Positions 10,905 through 33,959 of a stretch of 64,000 nucleotides of DNA are shown one piece after another. The DNA is from Octopus vulgaris. Taxonomy: Eukaryota. The DNA lies in assembly GCA_951406725.2 (NCBI GenBank), contig OX597816.1, positions 112,406,001 to 112,470,000 on the forward strand, given 5' to 3'. Below the pieces are notes generated by a model, which worked only from the letters and a program-made list of their open reading frames with translations, did no database searches and had not been told where the DNA came from. How positions within the stretch are numbered: position 1 is the stretch's first letter; every line of letters starts with the position of its first letter. A program made the translations under genes and the position numbers.

Positions 10905-12265
10905 GACTGTCGTTTAGCCCCCAGAGCAAAACCTCTGTTCAAAGGCATTCTAGCCATGATCATCCCGTCTTGTTTTTAGACAAAGTATATCCAACCTTAC
11001 ATTGTCCAATATTTCGCAAAAAAACAAACAAACAAACAAAAAAAATAAACAAACAAAAAAGAAAAACGGTAAGGTGTGATTTGAATTTGAAGAAGATTTG
11101 GTTGCTATTTCTAGCAGGTTGAGTGACTGCTTGCAAGCTTTCTATTTTGACTCGTTGTTGGTGACTATGTCGGGAGATGGTTGTGGTGGTGTCAGCGGTG
11201 CAGATATATTTCGTTGTTGTTTAGCATCAGGTCAACTCTGGTCAAATAGACATGTGATCAAAAGCATTTCAGCTGATTATCTCGTTTCTGTAGGGGTTAT
11301 ATAAAAACTACGTTATATAACGCATACTTATCCCTTTTTAATAGTATGCTTATGATATGAGGGAGGTTTGGTAGTTATTATTAGCAGGTCGAACGATCAC
11401 ATAAAGATTTTCCTCATTAGTTCTTGATAGATTTCGCAGTGTTGTAGGTCGTATAAGGATTGTTGTTTAGCCCTAAGGTAACGCTAAGTAAACCTATGAT
11501 GAAAGGAATTGTAACCATCCCATGTGTTCATCAATGTGTATTGAGAACTACACAATATATTTTCCCTTTATTTCTAAGGCATTAGGGTCTGGTTTGAGAG
11601 AAATTTGGATGCTATTTACATTCGTTGATTTTCTTGTTTAGCCCTAAATAGCTCTGATCCAACAAAACTATGGTTAAAAAAAGCATTCTAACGAGGCCCT
11701 TCTGTTTTCTAACTTTTTTTTACGGATTTGGAGGACAGGATTACATTAACTAAAGTGACTTTTCTTTAAGGCGGTAATATGCAATATTTGAGGGAAATTT
11801 GGCTGCTATTACCTTTAATTAATGCGAACAGGTAGATACCCTCAATAACCTGCCATATTAAAAAGGAGAGGTAATCGGAGGCATGTCATTGTTAACCCAA
11901 GACATTTGCTTCGGTTGTGATCATCCCGCTTTATTTTCGACCATAGTGCATCTAGGATCACAGTCTCCAATGTGTTTTTTTTTCAGAGACGTAGAGGGTG
12001 AGGTTTAAGAAAGATCTAATGGCTATTTCCAACAGATCGACGCGTGAAGGTTCCCTCGCTGACTCATATTTGTGACGTCGGTGTCGTTGAAGTTCTGGTC
12101 AGCTCTGAACAAGAAATATTTATGACCAAAGGCATTTGTCACTCTTTATTTTTCTGTTTAATTGTAGGACAACATAATTCAGTGTCACTTTTTTTCTCTT
12201 AAGACGGTACATTGAAATTTGAAGGAGACTTGACTGTTCTTTCTTGTAAGCCGAACAATAGTGAG
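10905..12265 (+). repeat. Head-to-tail array of ~6 diverged ~200-bp interspersed repeats (family C)
   Basis: Recurring GTTTAGCCC...ATGATCAAAGGCATT...TTTGAGGGAGATTTGG(C/T)TGCTATTT units starting near 10912, 11219, 11465, 11636, 11890 and 12095; dispersed copies also near 7350-7545, 26870-27090 and inverted at 31800-31990. Confidence 0.7.
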
Positions 12266-12676
12266 CGTGGAGTTCCATCTCGTTGGCTTGTAATGTTGCT
12301 GTTAGAGACGGCGACAGTGAATAAGTTATATTAGGTGGGGAGATAAAGTTGGTGGCCAGCATAGGCATAATGTTAGAAGCTGGACAGAAAGAGAGGGAAA
12401 TATTGCAACGAAATGTGAAAGGAAATCAGTTATTTGCTGTGGTTGTTTAACCCCATCACAAAACTATGACTGAGCAGGTCTATAAACCATGTCCTTCCAG
12501 CGATGACCACCCATCCATCCATCCATTTCCAAGGCATTGCATAATGAGGATTTCAGGGTGTAATAAGGGTGAGACTGAACTGTCGTTTCCCCTTCCCGGC
12601 GACCGAAAATTATTATCAGTCTCCGTGCTTTCAGATGTCGAAGCGTAATAAAACCAACCAAGGTGTTTCTGTGTAG

Positions 12677-12678
<2 letters not shown>

Positions 12679-12766
<88 letters not shown>

Positions 12767-12788
12767 GACAGACAGTCAGGCAGAGACA
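12679..12788. repeat. (AG)n microsatellite
   Basis: Direct inspection. Confidence 0.95.
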
Positions 12789-13394
12789 GAAGAACGGCCT
12801 TGCTTGACAACAGATACCGAACTTCACAACTTTTTTTTTACTCGTCTCTCCCCACTTCTGTATAAAATCAACAATTTTTTGTTTCTTTTCGTTTACGCTA
12901 GGGCGAGGTTATATTGAAGGTTACTTCGTCCTGACAATGGCACAGATCGGAAACGTTCACTTAAAAAAGGTGAAGGCTTAAAACACAACCGCACAAAAGA
13001 TTTCTTTGACAACTCCAGCAGCGGGCGTAGTGGGTGCATAAACGATAAAGAGAGTAAAAAAATGCCAACTAAGTTTGCGTTTAAGAGAGAGAGAGAGAGA
13101 AAGAGGGAGATAGAGAGAGATGTATGTGCTTATATATATATGGGAAGTATGTATATATATATGTGTATGTACATACCCCACCTTATTGTACTTAGACGCC
13201 TGTCGGTCTACACCTGTTCACCAATCAACAACTTTTACCTCAATGTCATTCACTGGGTCGTTACTCCCTCTCTCGGTTACTAATTTTCTTACATCTCCAT
13301 ACCTCTATTCATTTTTTATTTATATCATTTTTACATATACGTCTTTTTTTTTTCTCAAAATATTGTTTTCTATTTTAATGTTCTAACTCTATTT

Positions 13395-13587
13395 CATCAC
13401 ACACGTACATAAACATACATACATATATACACACATAAACATACATACATACATACACACACATATTTATACACGTGTACTTGCATATACATACAAACTT
13501 ATATATACTTATACACATACGTATATATGTATGCATGCATATATGTATACATACTTGTATTTATGTACCTTTATGTACATTTAAACA

Positions 13588-13657
<70 letters not shown>

Positions 13658-13658
13658 T

Positions 13659-13699
<41 letters not shown>

Positions 13700-13814
13700 C
13701 ACGTGTGCTTGCATATACATATAAACTTATATATACATATACACATACGTATATATGTATGCATGCATATATGTATACATACATGTATTTATGTACCTCT
13801 ATGTACATTTACAC

Positions 13815-13861
<47 letters not shown>

Positions 13862-13900
13862 TGTATGTATATGTGGGTACATGTATGTGTGTATGTGTAT
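13395..13900. repeat. TA/CA low-complexity block containing a ~230-bp tandem duplication
   Basis: TATTTATACACGTGT(A/G)CTTGCATATACAT...GTACATTT occurs at ~13465 and ~13691, each followed by (TA)n. Confidence 0.85.
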
Positions 13901-14497
13901 TCAAACGGTATAACATTAAAACTTTTGTGGGTGTGTACAAGTTAGTGACAGAAAGTTGTAAGAGTACTCAATTAAAATGACATGAATGAAAAAAAGTTGC
14001 TTGGTTGTAGTGATGTATTTTCCGGTGTACTGAATACCTTACTGACAAGACAAGACAAGATCGGAAGACAAGTAGAACTAAACTGTAGGCATTTCTCTGT
14101 TGTCACCACCATCAACATCACGAGCAAGAAGACCATATTCTTTACTGTCGAGTCGTTGTCATTGCTTATTTTTATTAATGCCTTTCTCACTAATGAAATT
14201 ATATCAATAATAACAAAATAAAATTTGAAAAAAACCAAAAAAAAAAAAAAACCCACAGAGAAAGCAACATTACTATCACGGTGTAAAAAGTTCTGTCTAA
14301 CATCATTCTTATACATAAGTATTACGTACAGGTACCGCCCCGTCTTCCTCTTAAACTCTCTCTCTCACTCTGACTGTCTGTCTCTCTCCCTCTCTCTCTC
14401 TCTTTGTCTTTTCTACACCTCATTCTTTCATGTTTTTATTCTCTATTCTGTATCTCTCTCCCGATCGTTTAATCTGACTTCTTGTCCCCCGTCTCCT

Positions 14498-14599
<102 letters not shown>

Positions 14600-14720
14600 G
14601 TATGTATCCGTTTCTGCTTATGCTCCTGTTACAGAAACTAATATAAACCACTCAACGAAATACTTATACATATTCACATATGTACACATTTTCTCATACA
14701 CACACACACACAGATATATA

Positions 14721-14782
<62 letters not shown>

Positions 14783-15189
14783 TCACTTCCTAGCTTTTCT
14801 CCTCTTATAAAACTCTTATTCTTTCTATTTCTCCTCTCGCACACACCGACACACAGACACTGGTATGTGCATACAGTTATTTTTCTCTCTATTTCTTCCT
14901 GTCTCGCTATTTTTCGTTTCCAAGGCAGATGCAGTAGCCAACTAGTGGTTCTTGAAAGCACCTCTAGCTTCAGCCACCGTAACACATCAGCTGCTCTCAT
15001 CACCACCACTTCCCTTCCCTGACAGCGGCAAAAATAACACAGGAAAAGCACAAACAGGCCTACGCACATACTTCCCAAAACTAACAAACCTGTATGTTAC
15101 TTATCTATCTATCTATCTGTCTCTCTTAAGTTTATATATATTACCCGCTCCCATCGTATCCTATTATTTTCTTTCTATTTACAGCATAA

Positions 15190-15229
<40 letters not shown>

Positions 15230-15857
15230 AGCAACCACTGCCTGTACCTATACATATACATATATATATATATGCACATATACATAATCATATATATATA
15301 TATGTACAGGCAGGCATACAGTGAATTCTTTCGATTTCTATCTTCGTCGTTTATTCCTTCTTTTCTTCCTTCCTTCCTTCCTTCTTGCCATGCTAGCTGA
15401 ATGACTGGCGCTGCTCCTCCACGCCTAGACAGATTACTGGCACCTTCTTTACCTACCTGCTGTAATCCCGTACAAGCCAAGAGAAAATCAGCAAGTGATA
15501 TAAATACGGAGGGGAAAGAAAAAAAGAAAAAGAAAAAGATCTGTACACACGCAAACAGCAGCAGGCACACATACACATACATAAATATTTCTTACACATA
15601 CCGACGCACATACAAACATAAACATTTATGTATGTGCCCGTGTTTACATACACGAAGTGAAACGGATAGATAAATTTATATAGCAATATATGTATACGTG
15701 AATGTATGTATGTATATCTCTATATATACAACTATATATGTATGCCTACATATACATAGTGTGTGTGTATGTAAATATCTCTTGGCACCCATTAAGTGAC
15801 TTTCGGAGTCGATTTATTATTATACTCTTATTACACGATATACACTCACGAGGAAAG

Positions 15858-15863
15858 GTAAGT
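15858..15863 (+). other. Consensus 5' splice donor (AAG|GTAAGT); candidate end of a non-coding exon (duplicate at 25389)
   Basis: Perfect consensus donor in unique sequence; no supporting ORF. Confidence 0.3.
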
Positions 15864-16251
15864 TCGCTTATTTTGGATCTTTCATTCTCGGTCGTTTTAC
15901 CGTTTACTGTTGTCATATATTTTAACATGTGTACTGTTGAAACATGTAAACATGTAGCCTAAACATGAATGACTAATTCATCACAGCTATTCACTCACCA
16001 TGCTTGAATAAATATACACATACACACACCCCCAACTCTTTCCCGGCCAAATTTTTATTCCTCCTCCCCACCTCTCTCTCTCTCTCTCTCTTTGTCTTTT
16101 GTACATTTATTACCTCATTCATGCAACAAATAAATTGAAGCTATTATTTTTTGAACTCTCAAATTTTTCAGTCATTTCATACCGGTATTTTAATTCTATG
16201 ATACACAAAAACTCAGCATCACACACGTGTCTATACGTAGAAATGGGTTGT

Positions 16252-16288
<37 letters not shown>

Positions 16289-16877
16289 GCATGCACACAC
16301 CACACACGTATGTAAGTGGAAATGGTTATTGTGCTCGCTTTGGGATGAAACCACTTAGATAACAATATCCGACATAATATTTAAGCAGAGTATATAACAA
16401 TATCATGAGCTTGTTCGGGACCAATTTTAATGACAGTAATCGTTATATGTTGACTATATATTATATTTATCATAACACTACCTGTGATTGTAATAAGCGG
16501 TTCCCACTGTAATTAAATTTGTCATTCAACATATCCGAAATTCAATTTCTTTTCTCATTGTATTGTTACAAATACAAAATAATCAAAAACTACAAAAGAA
16601 ATATATGGACCAACAAGTATGCACACAAAACACATACGCACAAGGTATATATGTATGAATAGATGCATTTTGTGTACGTTGACACATGTGAGGAAACATG
16701 TCATTACAAAAACGTATTCGGATTGTCCGATGATGTTTCGATAAAAAAAAATTAAAAAGTTGACTCTTGTTCGGATCAACAAAAACAACAAACAAAGGTA
16801 TTAAAGAGATACAAACAAGATGCTTGTGTTTCAACTGAGTAAACGATATAAATATTTCTTTAATTCATCTTCACCTA

Positions 16878-16977
16878 NNNNNNNNNNNNNNNNNNNNNNN
16901 NNNNNNNNNNNNNNNNNNNNNNNNNNNNNNNNNNNNNNNNNNNNNNNNNNNNNNNNNNNNNNNNNNNNNNNNNNNNN
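16878..16977. other. Assembly gap (100 N)
   Basis: Run of exactly 100 N. Confidence 1.
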
Positions 16978-26416
<9,439 letters not shown>

Positions 26417-26525
26417 TTCTCACGCCGCAGGTTGTTGTTAACTCTTGTTTCTATGTATTATGAAATATTAAAAAAAAAAAAAAACATTTACTTTTGGCGA
26501 TCGTCACATACTTGCTTAAGGTCTT

Positions 26526-26724
26526 ATGTGTATGTGTGCGTGTTTATGTTTATGTATGTATGTATGTATGTATGTATGTATGTATGTATGTATGTATGTA
26601 TGTATGCATGTATGTGTGTGTATGTATGTATGTATGTATGTATATGTGTGTGTGTTTACATATATGGCTGAATGTGTATGTATGTTTATGTGAATGTCAG
26701 TATCTATACATATGTGTATCCAAG

Positions 26725-26803
<79 letters not shown>

Positions 26804-26815
26804 CACACACACACA
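26526..26815. repeat. (TATG)n and (TA)n microsatellites
   Basis: Direct inspection. Confidence 0.9.
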
Positions 26816-27854
26816 CAAACAAACAAACGTGTATGTTATCATTATATCCTGTGTGTGTATATATATACACATACAGGTTGTTTCTTTTTACTCTAAGACA
26901 GACCTTTACCGAGCAAACCTATGTATGATCAAAAGCTGTCATCCCGTCTTTTTTTACTTATATATATATATATAATATATAATATATATATATGCGCCTA
27001 CATTATCCAAGACGACGAGTAAGGTTAGATATAGGGGATATTTGTCTGCTCTTTCTAATTTCAGCCACCATATAGGCCCTTTCTCGTCGCGTTAGGAAGT
27101 ACATTTGTATATTTATATATGTATGTATATATAATTCGTTTGTTTTGATTTTGATTGTTTTTGTAAAGCCTATAAATAAGATTCTTCATAGATCTATTTA
27201 TGTATATAGTAAGTATATATATATTTATACTTTTCTTGCTTGAAAGTATGTTTAAAATTCTTGACGAAAGACTATTTGTTGTGAAAAGCGAAACAGGATT
27301 TTTTTTCTTCTTCCTGTTGTAATTTCTGAACAAAATGTAAAATTAAATTTAATTAACCCAGACTGAAATCGGAATATGAGTGTGAAGAAAAGTCTGTTTG
27401 TCTTGAAGATAACTTGACGTTTAGTCTTCACCGGCTTGTCGCTTACCTCTGTTGTTGCTTTCTTTAGCACCACCACCCCACGTAAACGACCCCTACGGAT
27501 CAGCTCTACGATCAAAGACATTCCAGCTGTGACCGTTACATGTTTTTTTTTTTTTTTTTTTCGTATTGATATGTGAAAATGTGCTATTTAATGTGTCGCG
27601 TTTCTTTATAGTAAGTAGGGTGTTATTTGAATGAGTTTTGGCTACTGTTTTTACTCGATCGAGCAACCGGGTACAGGTGCACCTTCGGAAATATTCGGTT
27701 GTTTGGTACAGCGATTCTCATACTTGACATAAATAATATATTGTGTATTTGCCGTACTGACGGTTGTGTGTGTGTGTGTGTGTATACCATTCCATCGGTA
27801 AATATAAGTTACTGGTTAAACCGAAAGCTCTACGCACTGATATCGAACTCGGAA

Positions 27855-28195
27855 ACTATGAAACACGTGGTTCCGAGTTCGGTTGCTCTGCGTGCCACCT
27901 TGGACAAGCGCAAATGTCTTCTATCTGCTATTACTTCGGGATGACCCATGCTTTTGCGTATGCAAATTGGTAGACGGAAACTGTACCGAAGCCCGTCTTT
28001 ACTTGCTATGTGTCTTTGTTATGTCTGTATTTGTGTCGCTGACGTTGTGTCGTGTCTTGATGTCCCATAGTCTGGCTGTTTAACAAATAGAGATCGATAA
28101 AATAAATATTAGACTGAAATGAGTACTGCGGTCGATATAATTGATTGTGAGTCTTGGAGATAGTGTCCCCCGTAGGACCGCAGCCCAGTAAAAGA
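27855..28195 (+). mobile_element. Diverged SINE (family D)
   Basis: CACGTGGTTCCGAGTTCG...CACCTTGGACAAG...TGTCTTCT...TTGGTAGACGGAAACTG motif shared with copies at 55877-56247 (-), 58935-59100, 60500-60810 and 60920-61195 (-). Confidence 0.65.
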
Positions 28196-28526
28196 ATACA
28201 TACGTACATACATTTCTGTCTGTCTGTCTGTCTCTAATATGTATGTGTAGATATATATAGAGAGAGACATGCGCGTGCGCTCATACACATGTATATAGGC
28301 TTTATAGGCATTAGTGATTCATACAAGCGAAATATATGATAGTTCGTGTATATTCTTTATTGTTGCGCATATAGGTATACATATGTGAATAGATATTTAG
28401 TATGTTCGGATAAAGCATCAGAGAGAGAGAGAGAGGTTCATTCATATGAAACATAATAGATTATTCATATGCACACATATACACACACATGTATGTATAT
28501 GTCTGTGTGTTTGTATAGATAGATAT

Positions 28527-28628
<102 letters not shown>

Positions 28629-28855
28629 TTAGTTTAAGTGTGTGTCTGTCTGTCTGTGTGAATTGATAACCAATTCTGATTATAATCGTAGTGGGTTTTC
28701 ACAATACAACACAACACCAATCTCTTTCAAATAAATTGGCAATTGTCTTGCTTCTAGCACCACTGAAGAAATTATCTATATAACTAGAGGAATAATTACA
28801 AATTAAACGAACTTTAAAATGTTCAACCCGTATTAATCATTATATCAAACAATGC

Positions 28856-28925
<70 letters not shown>

Positions 28926-29385
28926 TTGTATCTTTCGCGCACACTACCCTGTCGTTTATGCATGAATGTGTGACGTGTATATATATGATATAATATAATA
29001 TGATATAATATTATATATATATATATATTTGATGGTATTAAGTCGTCATTTCAACCGGACTGGGATGGAACATTTAAGTTGTGCAATATACCATAAACAA
29101 GACTATTCGCTTTGGCGGATCGATTGGAAATAGCCCAGTCCCTAAGTCTCTCAGCTGATTGTTGTATCATCACTGACGGATAGTAAGTGTAAATGGAAGG
29201 CGATAGTTTCAGCATCACAACATTCCTATACAACCAATTTGATAAGCAGATGTGTGTGGAGAGAGAGAGAGAGAGAGGTGGAGATGAAAGGAGACTTTTA
29301 TACAATGCACAATCTCGTATTTATCAAAACTTGACCGCGCGAGTTCGATTCTCGTTATTTCTTATTATTTGTACTAACAAATAAA

Positions 29386-29655
29386 CAGTGGCAGACTGGC
29401 CAGGTTGCCAGCTTGCCCGATGGCAAGTGGACCCCTGCGCTATTAGAATCCATATATGGGGGCCCATCCCCTTAAGTTTAAGAATTTTTCTATTCACTCC
29501 TGGAAGAATGCATTAATTATTTCAGCCTAGCTGTGTTTGTTGACAGTTGAAAAGAATACTTTTAACAAAAAAAGAATTAAATGATAGCATTGTTGTTGTG
29601 GTTGGGCCCCCTTAGTCTCCTGGCAACTAATATTTTTAGACCCAGTCCGGTACGT
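29386..29655. mobile_element. Degenerate hAT-like MITE
   Basis: Left end CAGTGGCAGACTGG, right end CCAGTCCGGTACG; internal inverted GTTGCCAG/CTGGCAAC and GGGGCCC/GGGCCCC; TSD not clean. Confidence 0.45.
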
Positions 29656-30199
29656 AATAAATATATAAAAAATGTTATTGATTTCTATTATAAATTGAGC
29701 CTGGAAAAAAATGCTTTTGTTTTAAATTCTGGTTGTTATTGTTTAGTCCCATGAAGTCACTGATCTAGCTGAGCTATGGGCGAAGACATTCCTGGCATGA
29801 CTATCGCGTGTCTTCATTCGGGCATTGTGAACTTCTGACCATATGTAATATGTACTTAAAAAACCGATGATGTAAGGGAGTTTTGGTTCTTGCTCTTCTT
29901 CTTGTTCTTGTTCCTGTTTTGGTTCCTGATCGAACAAGTGTAGGCTACTTCGCTGATTCTTTTAATTTTTTTCTTTTTCTTTTTAGTTTTGTTGACTCTC
30001 ACATACATCTGTTGGGTTCTTTTCCAGTGTCGCTAAAATATGTCACTTTCATTATATTTATTCTATGATAACTCTTATTTACATGCTGATGATCCCATTC
30101 TCGTTCGAGAAATCATCTCATCGGCTGATCTCCTTACCCCCAGTAATTCTTTGAGAAATGAAGTGAGGTTACTATCATCGTTATCGTAGTGGTTGTAGT

Positions 30200-31265
30200 C
30201 ACCATCGTCGTCGTCATCATCATCTTCGTCACCAGCATCATGGCATCGGCAGTCAGTCCATCGATAGTCAATGGTGGACTGTCCATACGATATTTCGCGA
30301 ATCTTAGTATCAGAAGAGAACCGATCTCCCTGATTGGTTTCTGTCCTCAAATGTTGTCCAACTGCGGTGTATCAATATCCAGTCTTTTCATATTATGTTT
30401 AGCAGCATCTTTGTGGCTCAATTGAAATCTACTCCGATTTCTCTTACCGCTAGGTAAACTTTAAGTAGATTGTTTTATCGTGACAATTGAGTTTCCGCCA
30501 TTCTTTGTACGTTTATAAATCAGTGAAGCTTTTTTGCTGGGGAGCTTGGATTTTTCTAATTCAAGAGTGTTGATGACTTCATCAAAGTGACGTTTATGAT
30601 ATGTCACAAGTGTCTCATCGTGTATGCATGTAGTTATTGTTATTATTATTTGCCTGTTTTCAGTATCACATCCATACCTACGATCCAAACAACAGATGGA
30701 TTAATACTGTTACTCTATAAACTTTGAACTTCTTACGGACCAGCAAGAGGTTCTTGTTACACAGTCGCTCTTTCGACTTCCCGAATGCCGACCTGGCCTT
30801 GATTATCCTGTTATCTATTCTGTAACTGAACCTACCGTCGTTATTGATCGTACAGCTCAGGTATATAAAATGGCTCCTACTCTTCAATAACAATAATTTT
30901 AGACGTTCCTGTGCAGGCTTTGTTGATAAAAGAACTTGAGCTTCTGGATGTTAATTTTCCAGCCAAACTTTGTAGCTACACCATCAAAAGTCACCCTCTA
31001 AGTTTTGTTTGTCTTCTGTTGAAAACACAACACAATCATCAAAAACAAACTGCATTTCTCTCGCTGATATACGTATAGTCTTAGCTTTGAGATGCGACTC
31101 CTTAAAAGTATCTGCTATGGAATACTTCCTTGATCATCGCTGAAAAAGGAAATAAGACAAACACGCAACTCTGCTTGACCTCCACTCACTAACATCGGCG
31201 CAGAGTTACAATTCATCTGCATGATCAAATTCTTCATACCTGCGAGTAGGGGGACTCTATGCTAC
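30200..31265 (-). mobile_element. Decayed RTE-clade LINE (RT C-terminal half and 3' end)
   Basis: Minus-strand fragments VKQSCVF, MQFVFDDCVVF, FGWKINIQK, YLSCTINNDG, RIIKARSAFGK..RL...KFKVYRVTVLIHLLFGS; (GAT/GAC)n tail at ~30200-30240. Confidence 0.85.
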
Positions 31266-33639
31266 AAATGAACCTTAAAACAGTACACAGTGTCTTCCTT
31301 TTTCTCTTCAATACATTTGTTTTGGATTTGTCCGAAGTCACAACACCATATTGCTTCCCACAATTTTTTATCTTTGACGAAAAGAACCATTGAGAACACA
31401 CATATACACACCATTATTCTTGTAACTCGCTTATTATTGTTAGTATTGTGAAGGTTTTTTTTCCGGCGTTGCATCTTAACAAAGTAAGTTATAGAGAAAG
31501 ACGTTAAATATCTTTTTAAAAGGTGACACTTAAGATTCGCCAAATCTGGCTTTTCAAACCAGTAGAAGAATGGAAATTAGTCATATATAAACTTGTTACA
31601 AGAATAGATATTAGTCATATATAAGTTTGTTTGAAGAAGCAGAGGTGGAATCAATAGTGGTAGTGGGCGGAGAAGCATTATCAATAAAGAATAGTTAAGC
31701 TTTAAGTTGCTTTCAATTGAAGGATTAATAGCTAAGATTTCTATCTATCATTAACATGTGGTAAACCTAATTTTGCGCGTTGCTTATACGACAGACTAGG
31801 AGAAGCCTTTACATGGCATGCTCAAGCTGTTAGAAATAGCAACCAAATTTCCCCTTAAATCATACCTTATTTAATTAAAAAAGGAAAGAGTGCATTTGAT
31901 GCGATTGTCGTTGGTATGTAGTCTGAAAACAAGAGACGAAATGGTCATGCCTGCAATGACTGGTGAATGAGTGCTGACCTGTGGCTTACAAAATGAATGA
32001 AATTGTACTGCAACCTTAGATGAGTCACTGGAATACCACCATAATAATTAAATCTATTGCATAAGACAGCATGGCCTAGCGTTTATATATCTGACAAATT
32101 TGTCGCCACAAGGCATTGGCGAAAGGAAATGATTTTACCGGAAATTGAAGCTGACTTGTCAAGAGTTTACAAGCACTATAATGCGCAGAAAAAAAAAACA
32201 AAGAAAAAAAATTAATAACAGATATACTAAACATATTTCTTTATCCTGTCCCGAGTGGGTTCTTGTTGGCTGGTCTTGGGTGATGACTAGTCGAGGTGAT
32301 GAATGAAAATGTGTTTCTTGGGCTGCGTGAAGAAATAACTGACAACGTCCGCAAACAATTAACGGAAGATTTTGTTATTATTATACATACAATTTAACTG
32401 TGTTGGACTTTTACAAATAATAACAACGTTATACTAGGAGAAACATACTGCTTGGAGTTTACGGTAAGCTTACTGATACTCCAATTTGTGGCTGGCCCAT
32501 CTTAACTGTAAACAATATTCTATATTCGTGGTAACGGAGATTCCCGTCGACTATTTGTTGTTTGTCTTAACCATCTGGCTGTGTCGATAATGGAAACAAC
32601 TCGCAGCTGCCATAACATTCTACATGGCAAGAATCGAGACGTGTGAATGATTCGGTTAGTCTCAACGCTCTGCGAAGAGTTTAGGCGCCAAAAGCAGCTT
32701 TATATAGAGTACAAAGAGAAGATTGAATCATGCGATGACTTGACGCTGATTAATAGACCGATCTCGTGAAACTACTGTGGTTTGCTCGTGATGGATGTCC
32801 AGTTACCTAGCGATTTGGCTTCGAATCACTGCTACAAGCCGCAACGTGTTAGTTAATCTTTGTATTTCTTTCTTGCATTCATTTCAGTCTAGTTGTACTC
32901 TTGCTGGGGCTGCGTCACCATACACTAATGTTTTGTGCTCATGCAAGTTCAGTCATTTCCAGTCACATATATCTGTTTTCCCTCTTTCATGCACTTCCTT
33001 TTGCTTTGGACGTAAATTAGTTTGGTGATGTTATTGGCTATTTCTTTATGCTTTTACTATTAATTTCCTTGTTCACCAAATCGACACCAAACGTTAGATA
33101 TTTTTCTTTTCGACATTTCTTTTTCTTTTATTGTTGACACTCAAGCAAAGAACACCGCGCGACGAGTATTCGGTCAACTGTTCACATGTTAAAGACAAAC
33201 CAACGATAGTATAACAATTTAGTAGTTCCATATGTGTATAACTACTTGAACAGGTTCTAATTAATTAACTGCAAACTTTTTTGTTTTCCAAAAAGCAAAA
33301 AAGAAAGAAAGACTCGTTTCCTGTTGCTTGTAATCTATTTTGTTTACAAAAGTCTGTGAAGTTTTTCATTTCACGTTCGTTTGGTTAAAACAAACTTAAT
33401 GGATGTATTGAATAGTATTAAGTAATTATTATTATTTTTTACAAAGATGCAAGAATTCGAATTTGTCGAAAATGAATGGGAAATGAAACGATCATTCTTG
33501 CATTACGGCAGCAGATTATCAACTTAGGTGAAATGTGCACTTGAACTGTGTCTTGGTCGAGGCTTGCCGAAAATTTAGCAATACTTACGGGTTAACATGC
33601 AATTTACGGTCGTAAAAAGATGGAAGCAAATTGTCCTAA

Positions 33640-33850
33640 TGGTTTCTAATTTTTGGCTCAGGGTTAGCAGTTTTTGGAGGAGAGGGGAAGTCGCATATCA
33701 ACCCAGTACTTGACTGGTACTTATTTCGACTCCGAAAGAATGAAAGGCAGAGTCGACCTCTGTAAAGTTTCACCCAGAATGTAAAAACGAACGAAATATC
33801 GTTAAGCAATTAGTCCGGTGTGTTCTCGATTTAGCCAATTCGCTGCCTCG
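33640..33850 (-). mobile_element. SINE family A copy
   Basis: CCCAGTACTTGACTGGTACTTATTTCGACTCCGAAAGAATGAAAGGCAGAGTCGACCTC motif. Confidence 0.75.
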
Positions 33851-33959
33851 ATTGTCCTAATTGAAAACATTGAAAGTAGATTGCAATGCAATAGTAACTG
33901 GAAGCGATGACAGTGACATCCCATTATTTCATTGTGACATAACCAATATAACTTGAAAA

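Noticed and set aside
10905-12265. Repeat-spacer array as CRISPR-like
   Set aside because: Eukaryotic context; units are ~200 bp, highly diverged and dispersed elsewhere; no cas genes.
12568-12625. Hairpin GAGACTGA...TCAGTCTC as a possible pre-miRNA
   Set aside because: Stem is short and broken by large asymmetric loops; no known miRNA seed recognised.
32280-32346. Box C/D snoRNA-like arrangement (GTGATGA ... CTGA)
   Set aside because: Only a 3-bp terminal stem and no recognisable rRNA/snRNA antisense element; such motifs are common by chance.
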